Part shown: positions 1 to 8,753 of the stretch, piece by piece
Position numbering within the stretch: the first letter of the stretch is position 1
Layout of the letters: every line of letters starts with the position of its first letter
Origin: a virus
Lineage: Duplodnaviria > Heunggongvirae > Uroviricota > Caudoviricetes
Reading direction: 5' to 3' (one strand)
Virus record (IMG/VR): IMGVR_UViG_3300047493_000037
Location: 94,713 to 158,712 of that record
Length of the DNA stretch: 64,000 bases
Program-made: the position numbers and the translations under genes
The notes under the pieces: generated by a model
What the model was told of the DNA's origin: nothing
The model's database searches: none
The model's input: the letters and a program-made list of their open reading frames with translations, nothing else

Positions 1-341
1 CTTGGATCAAGGACGAGCCTCTGCCTGTTAGGATCAATCTCTGCAACGCATGTTAGTAAGGTAGTGAATCCACTTCCGTCTGCTTTTAACTGTTTTATGT
101 ATCCAATGCCAAGCTCGTTTTCAAAGACATACATGTATTTGGTTGGCGTATCGGTTATGTGTGAAGTTCTTTCACTAACCCACTCTGTGTCGCCATACCC
201 CTTACGTTGCATAATCAAGATATCGCCAACATTGAACTTAAAATGTTCTTGATGTTTGATGAACTTAACGGTTTGATTATTCACTAAGTCATTGTTCTCA
301 GTGTTAGCGTCTTTTGCGGTTTTAACGTATTCTAACTTCAT
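1..341 (-). CDS. hypothetical protein, paralog family A (N-terminal 113 codons; gene runs off window start)
   Basis: Manual minus-strand translation from ATG at 339-341: MKLEYVKTAKDANTENNDLVNNQTVKFIKHQEHFKFNVGDILIMQRKGYGDTEWV...YMYVFENELGIGYIKQLKADGSGFTTLLTCVAEIDPNRQRLVLDP, collinear with ORFs 338..1093 and 2585..3343 (GD-IL, Y-Y-FENE-G-GY-K-LK-DGSG, RxVLDP motifs). ATGA overlap with stop of upstream gene at 338-341. Confidence 0.6.
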   Translation of the reverse strand, partial: MKLEYVKTAKDANTENNDLVNNQTVKFIKHQEHFKFNVGDILIMQRKGYGDTEWVSERTSHITDTPTKYMYVFENELGIGYIKQLKADGSGFTTLLTCVAEIDPNRQRLVLDP

Positions 342-1093
342 ACTCCGTCCTCTTTTAAGCTGTAAGGTTTCTTTGTCGAAATTGCATCCCAAGCAGCGAC
401 AAAGTTAGTTCTAGACCAATTTTCTTTTTGGCCAAGGTTAGACCAAGAAGGATCAAACACGCCATTTGCGTCATAGATGGTTTCCATCTCGAGTTTTTTA
501 TGATCTTTGCCGATAGATAGTATCTTAAATACTGTGTCGCCAACATCGTCTGGGCCATAACCAACATATATAGTGTCACCAATCTTTAGCGATTTCCACC
601 AGACAATGCAAGAAGCTTTATGGCTAGTATCAATGAGAAGTTGCTTATTTTTCTCTATTGCTTCATTTCTAAAGGTCGTGAGACGCTCCCTGTCTTTGTG
701 GTATTGATAATCACCTTCTCCAAGTAGTAAGTGCTCGGCATACCCTGGGTCAAGTACGAAGCGATGTTCTCCGGCGTCAAATCTTGCTATACAAATAGCA
801 GTAGCTCTAGTTGGACCTGAGCCATCGGGTTTTAACCTCTTAACGTACCCAACTCCCACTTCATTCTCAAAAATGTATACATACTGTACTGGGATGCCAA
901 TTTGGTCAGTTTCAGTTTCCCAGATAATCTTGCCGTTTTCATCTTCGTAAGACGACTTCTTAACTAAAATATCGCCAATCTTAAACTTAAGCTCATCTTG
1001 ATACTTTAAATAGCGAAGAATGGGAAGCTTTGAGCTTACCATGTCATCTTTTTCTTTTTTAATGTCTGCAGCTGATTTCTTTAAGTTCATCAT
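338..1093 (-). CDS. hypothetical protein, paralog family A
   Basis: 251-aa ORF; shares KFKIGDIL, YVYIFENEVGVGYVKRLKPDGSG and RFVLDPGYAEHLLL blocks with 2585..3343 and the partial gene 1..341. Confidence 0.7.
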   Translation of the reverse strand: MMNLKKSAADIKKEKDDMVSSKLPILRYLKYQDELKFKIGDILVKKSSYEDENGKIIWETETDQIGIPVQYVYIFENEVGVGYVKRLKPDGSGPTRATAICIARFDAGEHRFVLDPGYAEHLLLGEGDYQYHKDRERLTTFRNEAIEKNKQLLIDTSHKASCIVWWKSLKIGDTIYVGYGPDDVGDTVFKILSIGKDHKKLEMETIYDANGVFDPSWSNLGQKENWSRTNFVAAWDAISTKKPYSLKEDGV

Positions 1094-1326
1094 TCCATCC
1101 TAGCTGGACCCTTAGAAGGCTTTAACGGGCCGCATATGTCACAAACCATGGTCCACTTAACCAGGTTACCTTCTGTGTCTCTAATGTCTTGATAGCGCCA
1201 CTTATGCGGCGGGCAATTCTTGGCGATAGGTTCAATAACAAAGCTTGTCTGCTGTGTTTTAACTGCCTTTAAAAAGGTGTTCAGTAAAAGAAGTACAAAG
1301 ATCAACAAAAGTACGAATCCCATCAC
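1090..1326 (-). CDS. small membrane protein with Cys pairs (hydrophobic N-terminus, CPPH...CDIC)
   Basis: 78-aa ORF, N-terminal transmembrane segment MMGFVLLLIFVLLLL; start overlaps stop of next gene. Confidence 0.5.
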   Translation of the reverse strand: MMGFVLLLIFVLLLLNTFLKAVKTQQTSFVIEPIAKNCPPHKWRYQDIRDTEGNLVKWTMVCDICGPLKPSKGPARME

Positions 1327-1607
1327 TCACTCTCCTCAGAGGAACCTGTTAGACCAAGCTCTTCCCCATCACTGTAAATGGACAACCCGTCATCTTGCTC
1401 TTCAAGCTTGTCTACAAGCTCTCCAATAGAGACTACAAGATTTTTAACGAGTTGTTCAGGGAGCGGTTTGAAGCGCTTCACTTTAACCTTCTGAGTTACA
1501 AGTCCTCTAACGGGGCAAGTAAACGTAACGTCCTCTTCATATATTTCTTCTATGCGAGGATCTTTCTTTTGCTTGGCAGGTGCTTTTACTTTACTCTTCT
1601 TTTTCAT
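1323..1607 (-). CDS. hypothetical protein (basic N-terminus, acidic C-terminus)
   Basis: 94-aa ORF packed between neighbours with 4-nt overlaps. Confidence 0.5.
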   Translation of the reverse strand: MKKKSKVKAPAKQKKDPRIEEIYEEDVTFTCPVRGLVTQKVKVKRFKPLPEQLVKNLVVSIGELVDKLEEQDDGLSIYSDGEELGLTGSSEESE

Positions 1608-2134
1608 CGCCAGTCCGCATTCATCACTTGAGTGATAGCTTTTACATAGCTCTTTATAGGAGCTGGTAACTTAGTTTGATTACAGAATCTCTTCCATTCG
1701 TTATACGAACCGTGCACTATGATGGTTGTGTATGTGCTTATTGGGGTAAGCACTTGAGACACAAACCTATCGCAGCCGTCTTCTTGATACGCTTTGGGGT
1801 TGATGAGTAGAGCGTCGCTGGTAGCTTTAATATTGTCAGCGATGTCTTTGGAGAGATCGTGGGCCTTTGCAGCCACTTCTCCTAGATTAGGACAGTAAGA
1901 TTCCACCTCTGTCACAGGTACAGAGATTATTTTGAAGTCATGAGTTGATAAGTTAAGTTGCACAAACAGCGGACACTTCATCACAAGTGTGAGTGTAGAG
2001 ATTTCTCTCAGAAACTGAGAGTCATCTTTCTTAAAGAACTCCATTGCTACATCGTTTAACTTCTCAGATGTACATGAGCTCGCTATTTGGGCTACGTAGC
2101 CTTTATCCAGACAAGGAATCTTGTTCAGCAACAT
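1604..2134 (-). CDS. hypothetical protein
   Basis: ORF 1604..2272, but the N-terminal 46 codons overlap the 3' end of 2103..2570 in another frame; internal ATG at 2132-2134 preferred (alternative 2042-2044 or 2270-2272). Confidence 0.45.
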   Translation of the reverse strand: MLLNKIPCLDKGYVAQIASSCTSEKLNDVAMEFFKKDDSQFLREISTLTLVMKCPLFVQLNLSTHDFKIISVPVTEVESYCPNLGEVAAKAHDLSKDIADNIKATSDALLINPKAYQEDGCDRFVSQVLTPISTYTTIIVHGSYNEWKRFCNQTKLPAPIKSYVKAITQVMNADWR

Positions 2135-2558
2135 CTTCCGTCTTCTTTTCGTGTCTTGGGTCAGAACTTTCTTCTTCGGAGAGCAAACCAGCGCGGCAAG
2201 TAAATTCTTTTTGCTCATCGAACGCACCACCGAGCATAGCTTCAGTGATGATATCAGTGTGATGACACTCAATATAGTCGATGGTGTTCTCGTCCAGCAT
2301 CTCGACCTTCTTAAGCGGATCTTTGCCGCATAGGATCACCTTGGCATGATGCTGATGCGTGTTCCACATGTCGCCAACTTCCTGGACCATCTCAGTGAAG
2401 TCATATGGGCCATGAATCGTGCTGCACAAGAACTTTACACCGTCTGGCTTACCAGTTGCTACTGCAACCAAAAACTTACTCTCTTTGATGTGCGAGAGAT
2501 CCATCACCTCTGCTTCTGCGAGGAAATTGTCCTTCTTAACCGGCAAGTCTTTGTTCAT
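2103..2558 (-). CDS. hypothetical protein (His/Cys-rich)
   Basis: ORF 2103..2570; GGGAG Shine-Dalgarno sits inside codons 1-4, so start at second ATG (MNKDLPVKK) 2556-2558 is likely. Confidence 0.5.
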   Translation of the reverse strand: MNKDLPVKKDNFLAEAEVMDLSHIKESKFLVAVATGKPDGVKFLCSTIHGPYDFTEMVQEVGDMWNTHQHHAKVILCGKDPLKKVEMLDENTIDYIECHHTDIITEAMLGGAFDEQKEFTCRAGLLSEEESSDPRHEKKTEDVAEQDSLSG

Positions 2559-2584
2559 AATTGCTCCCATGGAGAAATATAGAT

Positions 2585-3343
2585 TCAGATATTAAGTTCT
2601 TTGTAGGAGCGAGGTCTGGTTTTATAGAGAGCTTTTCCCCAGAAGAAATCAGGCGGAATTTCCTTTTCTTTTGAGTTCTTGTCTCTTACAGTGAGAATAG
2701 TGATCGGTGCAGATTGCTTAAGTCTTGTGCAATCCTTCCACTTTCTGTTCTCGTTAAAGTCTTTAGCAAATATTGTTTTCTTGCCTTGAACTAGGTAAAA
2801 GCTAGTGTTTGAGGTCCAAAGCGTGTCCCCGACATTAACAGTTTGAAAGAATTGGTCTACTACCATCATTGTGCTGGTGTTAATCTTGTTCGCTTTGTTA
2901 TGTTGAGTTACGGCTTTAAAAATGTCTTGCTTAGATTTGTGTAGTTGAGCTGGATCGTACTTGTCTTCTAGCAAAATAGCATCTGCATAGTCTGGATCAA
3001 GGACAAACTCAAACCTTTGACCTGGGTCTCTAAATGTGTCGCTATCTAGCCCACCGATGCAGGAAAATAAGCGGCCAGTTGGTGTACCGTTTTTGTTAAC
3101 ACGCTTAACAAAAGGAATGCTATGCTCAGAGCTATAAACAACTTTGTACTTTATCGGAGCTCCATAAGAGTTCGTTTGAACTTTCATCTCAGCGGCTTGG
3201 TTTCCTACATACAGGATTAGAAAGTCACCCACTGAGATCTGCTTTGCTTTTTCCATGGCATCGAGACCGGCTTTAAATTTATCATTAAAGTCTTGCACGA
3301 CCTTTTGGTCGTCTGATGACATTTTTTCTACTTCGTCGCTCAT
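2585..3343 (-). CDS. hypothetical protein, paralog family A
   Basis: 252-aa ORF sharing QRFEFVLDPDYADAILLE and central blocks with 338..1093. Confidence 0.7.
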   Translation of the reverse strand: MSDEVEKMSSDDQKVVQDFNDKFKAGLDAMEKAKQISVGDFLILYVGNQAAEMKVQTNSYGAPIKYKVVYSSEHSIPFVKRVNKNGTPTGRLFSCIGGLDSDTFRDPGQRFEFVLDPDYADAILLEDKYDPAQLHKSKQDIFKAVTQHNKANKINTSTMMVVDQFFQTVNVGDTLWTSNTSFYLVQGKKTIFAKDFNENRKWKDCTRLKQSAPITILTVRDKNSKEKEIPPDFFWGKALYKTRPRSYKELNI

Positions 3344-4137
3344 AGTCCAAGTGCCTTCTTGATCTTTTCTTCATCACGTTCATAGCAATGCAAGCTGTGT
3401 ACCGTATGCGTGTAAGTGCCCTTAGTGAGATTAGGGTAATGTGGCTTCAACTCCTCTACCATCCTGTCGATGAGAGACATGAACCATGGCAAGTCATAAG
3501 TTAGTCCTAGCCACAAATCATTAGAGCGCATAACCACAGAGAGATTTAACTTGTCGTCCCTTATGAGAAAGTTGCCATGTGTTGTGCAGGTGAAATCTTT
3601 GTTACCAACCCAGAAGTGTTCAGGCAATGAGAATCGCATCAAGGCTTGACGAGTATCCTTGTCAGCGATAAGTGATTGCTTTGCCCATTCCCATGGAGTT
3701 CTATCTGCTGCCCCACGCCGCTTAACGTTGTTCCAGTAGGTGACATCGTCTGCGGCAATATCAAAAGCACTACCAACTTCAAAGTTGGGATTACCGTGAC
3801 TTCTGTTTTCCCAAATTAAGTAACCATAAGCAGAATTAACAGTTCCATCTGGGTTGGCAAGCTTTTCCCAGAACTTAGAAGCCTTTGCAAAGTCAGCTGC
3901 CTTATTCGTGCAGGAATTGTAAAGTTCGACTTCTTTGTCGGTGTAGTCAGCAATAACTTTATTGCGTTCTTCATCCTTAGTTAGGATCGACTCATTGGTT
4001 GGATTCTCTACGCGAAATGTGTAGTCAGTCTTCTCTCTAACCGGGAGTCCTCTGGGGGCAGAGCGATATTCATAGTTAAAGTAGACGTCGTGGAGAGTGC
4101 CGAGATATGCTTCGTGAATGTTATTGTAAGTCTTCAT
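3340..4137 (-). CDS. thymidylate synthase (ThyA) family enzyme, predicted pyrimidine (dCMP) hydroxymethylase/methyltransferase
   Basis: Aligns to ThyA core: catalytic Cys in FTCTTHGNF (vs PCHAFF), RSNDLWLGLTYDLPWF vs RSCDVFLGLPFNIASY. The Asn177-equivalent is Asp, the substitution known to switch TS from dUMP to dCMP. ORF-track Met is a TTG; ATG at 4135-4137 (MKTYNNIHE) preferred. Confidence 0.7.
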   Translation of the reverse strand: MKTYNNIHEAYLGTLHDVYFNYEYRSAPRGLPVREKTDYTFRVENPTNESILTKDEERNKVIADYTDKEVELYNSCTNKAADFAKASKFWEKLANPDGTVNSAYGYLIWENRSHGNPNFEVGSAFDIAADDVTYWNNVKRRGAADRTPWEWAKQSLIADKDTRQALMRFSLPEHFWVGNKDFTCTTHGNFLIRDDKLNLSVVMRSNDLWLGLTYDLPWFMSLIDRMVEELKPHYPNLTKGTYTHTVHSLHCYERDEEKIKKALGL

Positions 4138-4245
4138 ATTTTGTAACTTTAGAGATAGAAACCCAATCGTGTTGATAACACCACTTACGCCCAATTAGTA
4201 CGTCTACTCTGCATAGAAGTTTTAATAAGTTTAAGGTTTTAGTGT

Positions 4246-4299
4246 ATGGATATTTTATTCTTTGTCGGTTTCCCGCAAGATGTTCGTGAATGTTATAAG
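4246..4299. repeat. chimeric duplication of flanking gene ends (3' end of 4412..4876 gene fused to translation-initiation region of ThyA-family gene)
   Basis: ttattctttgtcggtttccc at 4254-4273 repeats 4416-4435 (stop region of upstream gene); ttcgtgaatgttat-aagtcttcat at 4275-4299 repeats 4108-4135 including GGAAGG SD + ATGAAGACTTATAAC (MKTYN). Confidence 0.6.
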
Positions 4300-4411
4300 T
4301 CTTCATTACGCCTTCCAAGGAGGGATTGTACAAAGAAATATAGTTTAAAGTGGCGCCATTTGTGGTTGCTATATTTGAGCTTGTCTTGCTTTACAATTAA
4401 ACTATAGACAC

Positions 4412-4876
4412 TTATTCTTTGTCGGTTTCCCATAGGGTTTCTTCTAGGTTAGAACTCCATACACCATAGCCATAACGTTTCTTTGTAAGACGCTTCATCA
4501 TCTGACCGATGCGATTAAAAAGATGCTGAAACACAAAAGTGCTCTCTTTAACAGAGCGCCCCTCTTTAGTGCGATAATCTGGGTTGTAGTTTTGAAGCGC
4601 CACGCACACTTCAGCTCTCAGGTGCTGACGAATGTCATTCACTGTTAATCCTGAGTTGCCTAAAGCAACATCGCCTCTGTTTTTACTAGTGCTTGCTTCA
4701 TTCCAGTTCTTAACTACACTATCACGAATGTACTTTTCAACCATTGGCTCGTACTTAAGAACGTCCTCGTTGGTAAGTATGCGCTTTGCTTTTACCGGTT
4801 TTTGCTCTTCAACCTTCTCAATAGATTCACTTAAATATGCGCCACCTTCTTCGTTCCATCTATCAAATATGCTCAT
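4412..4876 (-). CDS. hypothetical protein
   Basis: 154-aa ORF, lysine-rich, 14-nt overlap with upstream gene. Confidence 0.6.
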   Translation of the reverse strand: MSIFDRWNEEGGAYLSESIEKVEEQKPVKAKRILTNEDVLKYEPMVEKYIRDSVVKNWNEASTSKNRGDVALGNSGLTVNDIRQHLRAEVCVALQNYNPDYRTKEGRSVKESTFVFQHLFNRIGQMMKRLTKKRYGYGVWSSNLEETLWETDKE

Positions 4877-5339
4877 GCTTTTCCCTCATCAGCTCAAGTA
4901 TCGCATGCACATTCTTGACATGTGGATTGCTAGTGTCTCTGCAGTACTCGATGTTGTTGTTCTTAATGTATCTATACAGGGTGATAAGTCCATCTATCGA
5001 TGGGCTATTATACAAATTGCCATTCGCAAGCCATTTGTAAATTCTTGATTGTTTCGGGTTTTTTAGAGAAGAGCTGCAAACAGTAAACTCTCTAATCGTG
5101 GAGAGTATTTCTCTATGTGCGCCACGTATGTCTATGTTAGGCTTAATGCTTTTGTCTCTCACATCTAGCTGTTGATGGTGATAAGCCACAAGCAAATTCC
5201 AAGCAGGATCTGAATTTGCTTGTGGCTTATAAGCATCTTTAACTTCGAAGTGAACTTCTTTTCTATTAGAAGAAACAGTGACCTTAAACACGGGCTCACC
5301 GTTTTTAAAGTTTTTTGCTAGCTCATCCAGGATGCTCAC
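4863..5339 (-). CDS. hypothetical protein
   Basis: 158-aa ORF; ATGA overlap with 5336..6040. Confidence 0.6.
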   Translation of the reverse strand: MSILDELAKNFKNGEPVFKVTVSSNRKEVHFEVKDAYKPQANSDPAWNLLVAYHHQQLDVRDKSIKPNIDIRGAHREILSTIREFTVCSSSLKNPKQSRIYKWLANGNLYNSPSIDGLITLYRYIKNNNIEYCRDTSNPHVKNVHAILELMREKHEHI

Positions 5340-6040
5340 ACTTCCTCCTTAACGGAGTAGATCGGCATATTGTTGTGAGTCATCACCTTAAGTTTACATA
5401 GATTGGTAAAAGCGGCAAGGTTGCCGTCAATGGCATACTCCTTGATCCAGAAACTTACCTTGTTGGCTAAGTTCATGTCCCTAATGCGCCACTCGTTGGT
5501 GGCAAATATTTGGCGAAGTCTGGCGATAATTTGTTCGTTCTTTTTTCTAGTCGAACGATTCTTGATAGTTTCGCTACATCCACCTAATAAGTCTAAGATC
5601 TCATTGAGTCTCTCAACCGGCGCATCTCTAGAGATTCTACTAAGCATATCAATGCCTCTAGAGCCCATAAGAGGCTGTAAGTCTTCATCTGACAATGTCT
5701 TAACGGTTTTGACTAAGGCTAGTTGACCTGATAATGTATTGTTTTTTAGGTCTAATTCGATCGCTTCACTTCCTTCAAAGTGAAAGCATTTAGAGATTAT
5801 TCTCTCTTCTTCCCAAGAGACGGTACGACCGCCATCAACATTTTCAACTAAACGCCTAACCAAGCCAGTGAGAGAAAGATTCAACGAGTAATTGCCGCTC
5901 TGGCTAACAATCATGCTTGGTGTTATTTCTAGTCTATCGGGCAGTTGAGCAAGAACAGTATTCAAGTCAGAGTCAATGGTCTCAGTCATCTGAGTCATCC
6001 AGTCTAGTTGCTCTAACTTATCGTCGGAAAATACTCCCAT
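5336..6040 (-). CDS. hypothetical protein
   Basis: 234-aa ORF. Confidence 0.6.
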   Translation of the reverse strand: MGVFSDDKLEQLDWMTQMTETIDSDLNTVLAQLPDRLEITPSMIVSQSGNYSLNLSLTGLVRRLVENVDGGRTVSWEEERIISKCFHFEGSEAIELDLKNNTLSGQLALVKTVKTLSDEDLQPLMGSRGIDMLSRISRDAPVERLNEILDLLGGCSETIKNRSTRKKNEQIIARLRQIFATNEWRIRDMNLANKVSFWIKEYAIDGNLAAFTNLCKLKVMTHNNMPIYSVKEEV

Positions 6041-6046
6041 AATGCC

Positions 6047-6286
6047 TCAAATTTCCTTAGGACCTGGAACTTGCAACAATGTTCGCTCCAGCACTTCGTC
6101 CTCTGCCTGGCGCAGCATCTCCTTAGAAGTTTCTAAGGTTTTATGTGCAATGCTTCCAACTCGCCAGCTGGTTTTCTGCAAATCGTCTATCTCTGCTTTT
6201 AGGTTGACTATAAACTTTTCCAAGTCTTCAACCGTTAAGTACTTTAAACCCTGCACCTTCTGCTTCCTTAATAGAGAGGTCTCCAC
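6047..6286 (-). CDS. hypothetical coiled-coil protein
   Basis: 79-aa ORF; 59-nt overlap with 6228..6515 lowers confidence. Confidence 0.4.
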   Translation of the reverse strand: METSLLRKQKVQGLKYLTVEDLEKFIVNLKAEIDDLQKTSWRVGSIAHKTLETSKEMLRQAEDEVLERTLLQVPGPKEI

Positions 6287-6515
6287 GCTTCTCGTGTGAC
6301 CTTCTGGTTCTTACGTAAGAGATCTTTTCGAAGTAAACAAACTTTCCATCTGGAATAACAACCTTGTATACAGTACCTTGGTCATCTTGAAAGAAGCCAC
6401 CGATGCCAACTTCCTTTGACACTGCTTCGGTCGCTGCGTTCAACTCATCGAAGTATTTTTTAACTTCTTCTTTCTTACGTTCCAACTCTACAAATCGTCT
6501 CTGTGCTTCAGTCAT
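6228..6515 (-). CDS. hypothetical protein
   Basis: 95-aa ORF. Confidence 0.5.
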   Translation of the reverse strand: MTEAQRRFVELERKKEEVKKYFDELNAATEAVSKEVGIGGFFQDDQGTVYKVVIPDGKFVYFEKISYVRTRRSHEKRGDLSIKEAEGAGFKVLNG

Positions 6516-6850
6516 TTTGCCTCCGCTAGTGCAGTTTCAAAAACTTTGTCTAGCATCTCTCTGTCGGTTGCGTTTGATTGTTCTTTAAGTTGCCTAACAA
6601 TTTCTTTAATGGCATTTACCACTTCTTGAGAATTGGCATACGTAAGGTGATGAATTTGACCTATGCCACGACTAATAAAGTGAATAGCCATTCTGTGCTT
6701 AGTTTGCTTATCCACCGTAGGCGGGTTATCCCAAGTTCTTGGATCATGCCAGACAACATTGGATTTAGTAGTTACTGCATCTTCGCTTGTGTAGTAAAGG
6801 TTTGTAACCTTTTCACACTCTAGGTAATAGAATGGCAAGACTATGATCAT
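6512..6850 (-). CDS. hypothetical protein
   Basis: 112-aa ORF with 4-nt overlaps on both sides. Confidence 0.6.
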   Translation of the reverse strand: MIIVLPFYYLECEKVTNLYYTSEDAVTTKSNVVWHDPRTWDNPPTVDKQTKHRMAIHFISRGIGQIHHLTYANSQEVVNAIKEIVRQLKEQSNATDREMLDKVFETALAEAK

Positions 6851-7260
6851 TTTTCGCTCTCGTGAAAGTCAGTGAGAAACCTCTCAGCGAGCTCGTTGAG
6901 GAACTTATGATCTGGGATTTGCTCTCTGATCTGACCAACTACATCAGAGAAGAGTGCTTCAGCAGCAGCTTTACCCCTAAGAGTAATACTCACAGTGGCC
7001 GTTTCGCTGTTCCTAGAAGAATTACTGCTGCTGCTGTTAGCAGTAGGAGAAGGAATAAAATCGATTGTCAAGCTGTATATCCTGAAGTTCTCCAGTTGAT
7101 CCCTCTGGGAGCTAGTGAGCGGCATAATTTTGCCCTTGCTCTTCCTCAACTTAAGTTTTACTTCTTCATAGTAAGTGTCGCTGTCGCCTTCATTTAGGGA
7201 CATGTAGTTGATAGATTCGCAGAGCAAGTAGCATTTATCCGTTACAATTACCAGTGACAT
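6847..7260 (-). CDS. hypothetical protein (Ser-rich segment)
   Basis: 137-aa ORF. Confidence 0.55.
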   Translation of the reverse strand: MSLVIVTDKCYLLCESINYMSLNEGDSDTYYEEVKLKLRKSKGKIMPLTSSQRDQLENFRIYSLTIDFIPSPTANSSSSNSSRNSETATVSITLRGKAAAEALFSDVVGQIREQIPDHKFLNELAERFLTDFHESEK

Positions 7261-7571
7261 TAGCTGTTCCTTATTGCGTTCTCTAGAGTTGCAGACATGT
7301 TTTCCAACTCTAATTCTTTTATTTGGCCTAAGACTTCTTCTTGTATCTTTGTTGCGCGATCTAGGTCTTTTATGCCATATAGCTTAAAACTAGTATCTTT
7401 TCCGTCGATATCCCTGTAGAAGACCTTGACAGCGAAAGTTGTTTCCTCTGTCAATGTTTTTGGTTTCCAAAAGCCATTATCTTTTGAGGTCTTTGTAACC
7501 TCTTCTAGCATCTCGACCCTAAGGATCCGCGTGACATTAATTGCCGTAGTTGGTCCAATTTTTATCAACAT
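7260..7571 (-). CDS. hypothetical protein
   Basis: 103-aa ORF. Confidence 0.55.
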   Translation of the reverse strand: MLIKIGPTTAINVTRILRVEMLEEVTKTSKDNGFWKPKTLTEETTFAVKVFYRDIDGKDTSFKLYGIKDLDRATKIQEEVLGQIKELELENMSATLENAIRNS

Positions 7572-8113
7572 CAGTGCGTTGTCCCGTCATCCTTACCGCC
7601 TTTATACACAACGAATTTTCCAGCCTTTCGCGGCTGGTTTGGATCGGTCGGCGTAGTGGGAAGTTTTGTCCCGTGGTTTTCATTGAGCATCCCACTTGCC
7701 TGATTGACATAAGCGGATAGAGGTACTTCCTCTCTTGTTCCGCTCTCATTAATGATAGTGATCATTGGGTCAAAACCTTCTGCTAGCACAGTGCGAAGCA
7801 GCTGAAGCTTTTCCTCTTCCATGTCGTAGATTTCACCAGCTAAGCCGTTCTTGTACCTTGAGTGAAGACCATTCTGTGACGGTGCTTCCATCTGAGCCTT
7901 GAGAGCAAGTTGCTGTTGAGCAAGCTCAGAGGCTTTCTTAAGGCGATCAGCGATAGAGTTACGCTTCTCATCCAGCTCCTTCGCCTTATCTTTAAGTTGA
8001 GCGATCAGCGACTCTTTAGCTTTTTCAAGCTTTCTAGCCTGCAAGAACCCGTAGAACGTAAATAGAGAACCACCAAAAAGAACACCCAAAAAGAACGAGA
8101 TTACCACTTCCAT
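7571..8113 (-). CDS. membrane-anchored coiled-coil protein
   Basis: 180-aa ORF; N-terminal TM (VVISFFLGVLFGGSLFTFYGFL) then Ala/Lys/Glu-rich coiled coil. Confidence 0.6.
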   Translation of the reverse strand: MEVVISFFLGVLFGGSLFTFYGFLQARKLEKAKESLIAQLKDKAKELDEKRNSIADRLKKASELAQQQLALKAQMEAPSQNGLHSRYKNGLAGEIYDMEEEKLQLLRTVLAEGFDPMITIINESGTREEVPLSAYVNQASGMLNENHGTKLPTTPTDPNQPRKAGKFVVYKGGKDDGTTH

Positions 8114-8121
8114 CTTTACTC

Positions 8122-8619
8122 CTAATATCCTTTAAGGAACTTCTGGTGCTTGCTAAGAACAAGGCTTCTTTTAACTGGCCCAAGTTGGTCTATATACAAC
8201 TTGCCATTGAGGTGGTCCATCTCATGCTGCACTGCAAATGCGCGAAAACCAGTGAACGTCTCTTGCTTCTCGATGCCAAACCTGTCAAACCATTTTAGCT
8301 TCAGAGTAGAGTATCTCTTAGTTGTTGCTAGTGCTCCAGGTATAGAGAGACAAGCTTCGCCCTCAAAAGGGACGAGGTCGGATTGGCTTAAAATTTCTGG
8401 GTTGATGAACTCGTTAAATGAGGTCTCGTTTTTAAGGATGAACACCTTAACAGATACGCCAATCTGGTTTGCTGCGAGTCCAACGCCGTTGGATGCAACC
8501 ATAGTCTCGTTCATGGCTTCAAGCAAACCAACAATGAACGTGTGGTCTTCTAGGAAGTTAACGGGGTCGCATGGAGTGCGAAGCACTGAATCTGAGACTA
8601 ATCTCACTCTCTCAGGCAT
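8122..8619 (-). CDS. def: peptide deformylase
   Basis: All three PDF motifs: GVGLAANQIG, EGEACLSIPG, QHEMDHLNG; 165 aa; GAGGAA SD upstream. Confidence 0.9.
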   Translation of the reverse strand: MPERVRLVSDSVLRTPCDPVNFLEDHTFIVGLLEAMNETMVASNGVGLAANQIGVSVKVFILKNETSFNEFINPEILSQSDLVPFEGEACLSIPGALATTKRYSTLKLKWFDRFGIEKQETFTGFRAFAVQHEMDHLNGKLYIDQLGPVKRSLVLSKHQKFLKGY

Positions 8620-8753
8620 AATTCCTCATTCTGTAGGCTCCACAGCAGTTGAAAACTCCAACAAACAAGCTGAAGAAGCTGCCACTCACTAAGAATGCTA
8701 GTAGATTAAATATGGCAAAACCAACATTCAGCCAAAACAATAACTTTCCACTG

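Noticed and set aside
4121-4333. 70-aa ORF 4121..4333 as a bona fide gene
   Set aside because: Its start region is a duplicated copy of the neighbouring gene's SD + first codons and its 3' end overlaps that gene's 5' end; treated as a duplication artefact (see finding) rather than annotated CDS.
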